From assembly GCA_965248575.1 (NCBI GenBank), contig CBDFJQ010000002.1, positions 2,208,001 to 2,272,000 on the forward strand: a DNA stretch of 64,000 nucleotides. Direction: 5' to 3'. This document shows, piece by piece, positions 57,980 to 64,000 of the stretch. The translations under genes and the position numbers were made by a program. The DNA comes from Planctomycetota bacterium. Its GTDB lineage: Bacteria > Planctomycetota > B15-G4. Numbering within the stretch: position 1 is the stretch's first letter; the number at the start of each line of letters is the position of its first letter. The notes below the pieces were generated by a model that was not told the DNA's origin, did no database searches, and saw nothing but the letters and a program-made list of their open reading frames with translations.

Positions 57980-59380
57980 ATGAACGCCTCCTACGTTGCA
58001 ACAGCGCTCGCCGTCACGCTGCTCGCCTTCAGCCTGGCCCCGCCCGCAGGCACTCCCCTCAGCGACCCACTCCCCGACATCCCCGCCGGACCGTACGAGG
58101 TCCGCCTCGAAACCGTCGCGTCGGGCCTCATGTTCCCCACCCATGCCGTGGCGCCACCTGACGGCAGCGACCGGCTCTTCGTATGCCTCGTCAACGGCAT
58201 CGTTCGCGTGGTGGAGGACGGCGTGTTGCTGCCGACTCCCTTCGTGGACTTGTCGGCGGACTTCTTCTCCAACAACGGCAGCGCCATGTCGAGCCTGGCG
58301 TTCCACCCGGAGTTTGCGACGAATCGTCTGCTGTACGTGATCCTCACCGAGAGCAAGTCGCCGCTGCTGGCCGACTTCGGGGTGCAGAGCAGCGTGGCGC
58401 ATCAAAGCGTGCTCTACGAACTGCGCGCACTGGATGACGCCCCCGCGCCCGGCAGCAACCTGTTCGACCCAGCCTCCCGTCGCGAACTGCTGCGCATCAA
58501 CGAGGACAGCAGCATCCACAACCTCAACGCCCTGGCGTTCGGGCCCGACGGCTACCTGTACGCCAGCAAGGGCGACGACGAGACCGGCGGCCAGGACACC
58601 ACCACCATCCACGGCAACGTACTGCGCCTCGACGTGGACCGGCTACCGGCCAACCCGCTCAGCACAAACGGCGAGTACGCCATCCCCGCGGACAACCCCT
58701 TGGTGGGCGCGGGCGGCGGCGTTGTGGAGGAGATCTACGCCTACGGCTTCCGCAACCCGTGGCGCATGAGCTTCGACAAGCAGACCGGAGCGCTCTGGGT
58801 CGCCGACGTGGGTCAGGCCTTCATCGAGGAGATCGACGTGGTGCTGCCGGGCGGCAACCACGGCTGGCCCCACAAGGAAGGCTCCTTCGCCACCCTGCCG
58901 GGCCAGGCCGTCACCGACGACCTCTCCGGCCTCCCGCCCCTGCCCTTCGTGGACCCGCGCGGCGAGTACGACCACGGCCAATCGGACAACTCCATTACCG
59001 GCGGCGTGCTGTACCGCGGCTGGAACCTCGCGGAACTCACGGGGCAGTACCTCTTCGGCGACTGGATCTCCGGCCGCCTGTTCCACATGCACCCCCTCAC
59101 CGGCCAGATCCGCAGCCTCAGCATCGACCCGGCGGGCGCGACCATCCACGGCCAGCTGTCGGGCAGCCCGGTGGAGGGCATCATCAGCGTCAGCACCGAC
59201 GCGGCCGGCGAGCTGATCATCGTGGTCACGCAACGCAACATGACGTCCACCGGCCGCGTGTTGCGCGCGCGGCCAAAGATCTGGGTGACGCCCGGCGACC
59301 AAGGTGCGGGCGCGGCGACGCGTCCCGGTCAGGGCAGCGTGTCACCAGGGGCACCGGGCGTGCCTGTGTTGCAGCACTAG
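57980..59380 (+). CDS. PQQ-dependent glucose/sorbosone dehydrogenase family protein, secreted
   Basis: LAFHPEF, HN…LAFGPDGYLY…GD, IPADNP, IYAYGFRNPWRMSFD, ADVG, SITGG. Confidence 0.92.
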   Translation: MNASYVATALAVTLLAFSLAPPAGTPLSDPLPDIPAGPYEVRLETVASGLMFPTHAVAPPDGSDRLFVCLVNGIVRVVEDGVLLPTPFVDLSADFFSNNGSAMSSLAFHPEFATNRLLYVILTESKSPLLADFGVQSSVAHQSVLYELRALDDAPAPGSNLFDPASRRELLRINEDSSIHNLNALAFGPDGYLYASKGDDETGGQDTTTIHGNVLRLDVDRLPANPLSTNGEYAIPADNPLVGAGGGVVEEIYAYGFRNPWRMSFDKQTGALWVADVGQAFIEEIDVVLPGGNHGWPHKEGSFATLPGQAVTDDLSGLPPLPFVDPRGEYDHGQSDNSITGGVLYRGWNLAELTGQYLFGDWISGRLFHMHPLTGQIRSLSIDPAGATIHGQLSGSPVEGIISVSTDAAGELIIVVTQRNMTSTGRVLRARPKIWVTPGDQGAGAATRPGQGSVSPGAPGVPVLQH

Positions 59381-59660
59381 CACGCTCCTGCGCTCATGGT
59401 TCCCGCTGAAGGCGGTCGGATCGACGCTGCGGGACCCACACAGGTGAGGCCTAGCGTCAACGGTCGTGTGTGAGCCCGAGACATCCGTCCAAAAGAGCGA
59501 CACAGCGAAGGGAGGGTGCCGCCTGGATGCGCTCGATCTGGGCTCAGCTCGCATCGGCACGGCGCTTGCAGACCATTCTCCCAACGGAGAGCTCGCGCAC
59601 CCCCCACCACGCGTTGGTGGCGCGAGCGCCCAGCCACATCCATCGAGTGAGGCCAAGACG

Positions 59661-61836
59661 ATGTCCATCCGACTCAACGCTGCATGGCGCACTGCCCTGC
59701 TGATTGCCAGCATTCCCGCCACGCTCTGGGCCCAAGGTGCCGCGGACACCATGCACCTCACCGACGAGCCGGGGAACTGGTTTCGCAGCGATGCGACTGG
59801 TTCTCCGGTGAGCATCGTCGAGCCCGGGGATCGCGTCGACTTCAAGATTGGCAACTGCTGCACCAACACGCGGCACACGGTCACGATGATCGTAAGGCCC
59901 GAGGGCAGCACGGCCGACATCGACCAGGACAGCTCGCAGATGGGAACGCTCTCGGCCGAGTTCGACCTGCCGGGTGTGTACGTAATCATCTGCAAGGTGC
60001 ATCCCTACATGACGGCCGTGGTGGCCGTCACCGACTCCGCGGGCAACATCCCCGACGTCACCGCGGGATCGCTGCCCTACCTGGGGCATTTGGGAGTGGA
60101 CTCGCTGCCAGCCACCGATGTGCTCGCGGTCATGACCACTGTTGCCGCGACCGATGCGGACAAGCTGGCCAAGTGGGACATCCTGGGTCCGGACGACGTC
60201 GTGATCCCCAGCGTTCCTGGCGTTGGCGAAGTCTGGATCAACACGCAGTTCGAGACCGTGCCGGGTCAGGCGGACCCCGGGGGCGTGCTGAAGCCGGGCA
60301 CCATCACCGTCCTCGACGCGGCCAGCATGACGGTGGAGCGCGAGATCAACGGTCTCGCTGCAGACGGCATGTGGAACAACCCGCACAACATGTGGGCCGA
60401 CTTCAAGCTCGGCACGATCTACAACAGCAACTGGTTCGGCAAGTGGATCAACAAGATCGACCGCGAGAGCGGCGAGATCGTGGACAGCATCACCGTCGGT
60501 GAGGCGCCCACGCACATCATCACCATCCCCGTGCCGGGCTCGCCGGAGTTCGGCTGGCTCACCGTCCCGCTCAGCGCCGATAACGACATGGTCAAGGTGG
60601 AGGACCGGCCCGATGGGCTGAAGAAGCAGGACAGTGATCAAACCGGAGACGGTAAGACGCACCCCCACGGGCATTGGCTCAGCTGCGGGTTGGGTGACCG
60701 CGCCATCGTGCCCAATGTCTTCAAGGGCTTGGGACCGGCCGGTTCAATCAGCGTCATGGACACCATCAGTGGGCAGGTGCTGGCCGAGTTTGAATACGAC
60801 GCAGACGACCCGCTCCGCGCTGCTGATGCCACTGGCGGTTGGTGAGTGCCATGTGGACGGCGTCAACACGGCCTATGTGGCCAATGCCGTCTCGGGTTTC
60901 GTCACCGTGCTCAACGTAGATGAGCTCTCGCTGGTCACCAACATTCCCGTCACGTTGACGCCTGACGGACAAGCTGGCAAAGATCTGTTCCACACCCTGC
61001 AGGTGCCTATCCAGACGCCCGTCAGTCCCAATGAGCACTGGGTCGCGACCGCCGTGCTCTCACTGACCACCGTGCCAACCTCAGTGAGCGGCTCAGCGGA
61101 CCACGTCGCCATCATCGATACCTCTCTCAACCAGGTCGTGGCCTACGTGCCCACTCCGGCGGGGACCCACGGCGTCAACTGGGGCGCCAAGCTGGGCGGC
61201 GGTTACTACGCCTACGTGACCAACCAGCACGCAAATGTGCTGACCGTCATCGACCCCGATCCCAATGGGGACGAGGATGGCAGCGACGCCGCTGTGGTGG
61301 GCACGATCCTGCTGGCCAACGGCAGTCAGGGCGCAGGCATCAGCGACGGAGTCGGTGGGCAGGGCGTCAAGCCGTTGCCGCTCACCCACGACGGATGGGT
61401 GCAGCGGACGGTCGACATGGTGGGCAGCGGACTCCTGTCGCCCGAAGTCGAGGGCTGGGTGGACCTGCTCACCGAGGATCAGAAGAACCCCGAGAGCCAC
61501 CACGACGAGCTGAACCTGACCATCGACCCGCTCGTCGCCGGTGCACCCGCGACAGTCTCCGCGCTGGGAGCGAATGAACAACAGCTGGTGAACTTCCTGC
61601 TCAGCCTTTCGGGGACGGGCGACGGCCCATGCTTCGCGGGGCTGGGAGGTCAGTGCATCAGCCTGCTCTCACCGTTCCAGATTCTGCTGACCTTGCCTGC
61701 CGACTCCAATGGCCTGGCCAGCTTCACCGTCACCGTGCCGGCCTCCGCGGTGGGCCTCACCGCTCACCTGCAGGCTGTGGTGGTTGCGGGCAACGCTTCC
61801 GTGTTGTCCAACACCGTGAGCCACGTCGTGCAGTGA
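59661..61836 (+). pseudogene. Secreted cupredoxin + His-rich beta-propeller protein with C-terminal SN domain, interrupted by one frameshift near 60815
   Basis: HTVT…CKVHPYM type-1 Cu ligands; NNPHNMW, HPHGHW, GTHG; coding sense moves from ORF 59466-60845 to ORF 60634-61836 at DDPLR/SALLMP. Confidence 0.75.
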
Positions 61837-61909
61837 GCCGCGCGGGGCCTGGTGGCTACTACTTTCTGGGTTCCAGTTTTCGGTGCCGCGCCATGGACTT
61901 GGCTGTGGT

Positions 61910-62023
61910 CTCGCCGCGAAGGGCAGGCGCTCGGGGCGTCGTTTGCTGAACCGTGTCGCGACCATCGTGACGCCCGACACCATCATGCGCTGGCGACGCA
62001 ACCTCACCGACGCCAAGTGGACC
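61910..62023 (+). pseudogene. DDE transposase N-terminal fragment
   Basis: LAAKGRRSGRRLLNRVATIVTPDTIMRWRRNLTDAKWT. Confidence 0.7.
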
Positions 62024-62114
62024 CTCCCTCGGAATCGGAACAGCTCTCGCGGACTGATGTTGAAGATCAAGGTGCCGCTCGATCAGCTACGAAGGGTGGT
62101 TTGCTGCCCCCCAG

Positions 62115-62804
62115 CTACGGTGTGCCCCCCAGCAGGCCGGCACGGTGCTGCTCGAACATCTTTGCGTAGGCCTCGAACATGGGCTCATTGCCGGACGCCT
62201 CGGCCTCTTGGATCCAGCGGTGGAGCAGGAACTCCTTGCCGATCGCCCGGGGAATGATCTCCGCCGAGTGGTTCGTGCTTCGCAGGAGGAAGACAGCCTC
62301 CAGGTAGTAGCAGAAGGTGTTCCAGTAGCCGACGGTGCCCTCGCCATGCACCGTGTGGGCGGTTTCATGCAGGATCAACTTGGCAACCGACTCCACGGTT
62401 TGCCACTCCCCATCGGGCAACCTGAACAGGGAGTTGTCGATCGCGGGAAACTCATCCGGAGGACGTGCCCCCACCACGAAGCCGTCGTCTCGCTCCTGCG
62501 CGCGGAAGCCAAAGAAGATGACGAGATCACCGCTCAAGCTGTTTCGAATGCGGATCGGCCAACGCTTGGACTCCGTGACGAACACAAGACCACCGTCGGG
62601 CTCGAGTTCGTAGCGAGCCACCGGAAGACTCAGCCGGTGCTCGGACGCCAAGAACTCATTGGCTTGCTCAAGTCCCTTGCCGAAAAGGGCCAGCGCCTGC
62701 TCACGCACCATCTCCGGCGCATCCGAAGCCCTGAGGCTCTGGGGAGTGATGAGCGTGGAACATCCGCTCAAGAGCAAGCAGACAAAAAGAAGTCGCGCGT
62801 TCAT
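62115..62804 (-). CDS. Lipoprotein with HExxH zinc-peptidase motif
   Basis: Lipobox LLSGC; LILHETAHTVH. Confidence 0.7.
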   Translation of the reverse strand: MNARLLFVCLLLSGCSTLITPQSLRASDAPEMVREQALALFGKGLEQANEFLASEHRLSLPVARYELEPDGGLVFVTESKRWPIRIRNSLSGDLVIFFGFRAQERDDGFVVGARPPDEFPAIDNSLFRLPDGEWQTVESVAKLILHETAHTVHGEGTVGYWNTFCYYLEAVFLLRSTNHSAEIIPRAIGKEFLLHRWIQEAEASGNEPMFEAYAKMFEQHRAGLLGGTP

Positions 62805-62978
62805 GAGCAAAGTCACCCCGTGGCGTGCATCAGGGTACCTACGCTCACGCTCTCCCGGAAAGGACGACGAGCCCTGGCGCGTCGACCTCAAGACAGGCGT
62901 GGTGACCCATCTCAACGACCCGCTCGTCAAAATGGGCCTATGCTGGCCGACTCACCGAAGGCGAGGAGCTCGACACCC

Positions 62979-64000
62979 ATGTCCACCCACACGGAATCGG
63001 TCCTGCGAACTTCGGGCGTGCGACGGTTCACGTCGCGGTTCGCGCTGCCAAGGTTGCTGGCGGCCGCCGTCTGCGCACACCTGCTCTTCGCGCTCGATGC
63101 CGCGGCCGCTGACGTCGTGGTCGTGGATCCGCAGGGCGGGGACGGGGTGCTGCTGCTCCAGGCAGCCCTCGACGCGGCGTCCGACGGAGACATCATCCTG
63201 CTGCGCGCCGGGGACTACCTCTCATCCGACCCCGTGTCGTACACGCTCTCGGGCAAGGGAGTCGTGTTGCTGCCCGACGCGGGCACCGGCCCCGTCACGG
63301 TGCGTGGCTTCGCGTTGAGCGACACTTCGGCCGGAAGCCTCGTCCTGCTGCGCGGGTTCACTTCACCGACGCCCGCGGTGTTCGCAACACCCGGGCCATC
63401 TGGTGTGTTCGCCCAGGACCTGGCGGGTGCGCTCTGGGTCGAGGACTGCACGTTCCACGGCGAGGACGGCAGCTCGGATCCCGTACTCGGGCTCGTGTCC
63501 GGGGCGGGCCCAGCCGCGCGGCTGTTGCAGTGCGCGGACGTGGCGCTCGAGCGCTGCACGCTCCTGGGCGGTCGCGGCGCGGACGCCGCGGGCACGGCGC
63601 CCGCCACACCGGGGGCCGACGGACTGACTGCCACGAACGTGTCGCGCGTGGCCGTCCACGACGGCATCCTGTCCGGCGGCGACGGCGGCCTCGGCCCGAC
63701 CTTCTTCGCCTCGGGGGGAAATGGCGCCAGCATCCACGGCTCGACGGCGTCGGTGGCCGGAAGCCGCGCCACGGGTGGCCACGCAGGCGAGACGGGCTCG
63801 CTGACCCTCTCCGAGGGAGGGGACGGCATCCTCGTCGGCCCGATCACCTCGACGCTCTGGATGCGCGGCAACACGCTCGCGGGCGGCCTCGGTCCGACGC
63901 CGGGCAGCGACGGTCAACCGCTCGACGCTTCGCCGAGCACCGTGACGACGTTCGTCGAACCGAACCGGCATGTCGTGCTGGATGCCGTCGTGCGCGAAGG
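62979..64000 (+). CDS. Secreted beta-helix-like protein, paralog of 40169-41395 (3' partial)
   Basis: Manually translated, not in the ORF track: GAGGAG RBS, signal peptide, LQAALDAASDGDIILLRAGDY, LWVEDC, GGDGG. Confidence 0.75.
   Translation, partial: MSTHTESVLRTSGVRRFTSRFALPRLLAAAVCAHLLFALDAAAADVVVVDPQGGDGVLLLQAALDAASDGDIILLRAGDYLSSDPVSYTLSGKGVVLLPDAGTGPVTVRGFALSDTSAGSLVLLRGFTSPTPAVFATPGPSGVFAQDLAGALWVEDCTFHGEDGSSDPVLGLVSGAGPAARLLQCADVALERCTLLGGRGADAAGTAPATPGADGLTATNVSRVAVHDGILSGGDGGLGPTFFASGGNGASIHGSTASVAGSRATGGHAGETGSLTLSEGGDGILVGPITSTLWMRGNTLAGGLGPTPGSDGQPLDASPSTVTTFVEPNRHVVLDAVVRE

Overview
GC-rich bacterial DNA. The secreted-protein repertoire suggests an uncultured Planctomycetota-like lineage (inference only). 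The window is an accessory region with about 45 genes, mostly secreted hydrolases or surface proteins, plus one tRNA-Gln(UUG) at 7200-7274. Four non-obvious layers stand out. (1) The tRNA 3' end (CCGGGGAACCA) with conserved flanking arms recurs at about 11.7, 22.0, 24.6 and 36.0 kb. These copies divide the downstream DNA into 2.6-11.4 kb cargo blocks with no integrase, resembling a tRNA-anchored tandem cassette array. (2) At least six, possibly eight, unrelated signal-peptide proteins end in the same ~120-aa C-terminal domain (…Q-x4-D…SN…stop), a candidate lineage-specific sorting or surface-anchoring signal. (3) Two paralogous four-gene minor-pilin/pseudopilin sets sit inside one cargo block, flanked by a ~1.1-1.2 kb direct repeat. 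(4) Many internally deleted remnants of DDE (integrase-core) elements with CCCGT-nn-TGTCC ends sit at gene boundaries. No CRISPR array, rRNA or intact transposase/integrase was seen. All family calls come from motif recognition by eye; no database searches were run.
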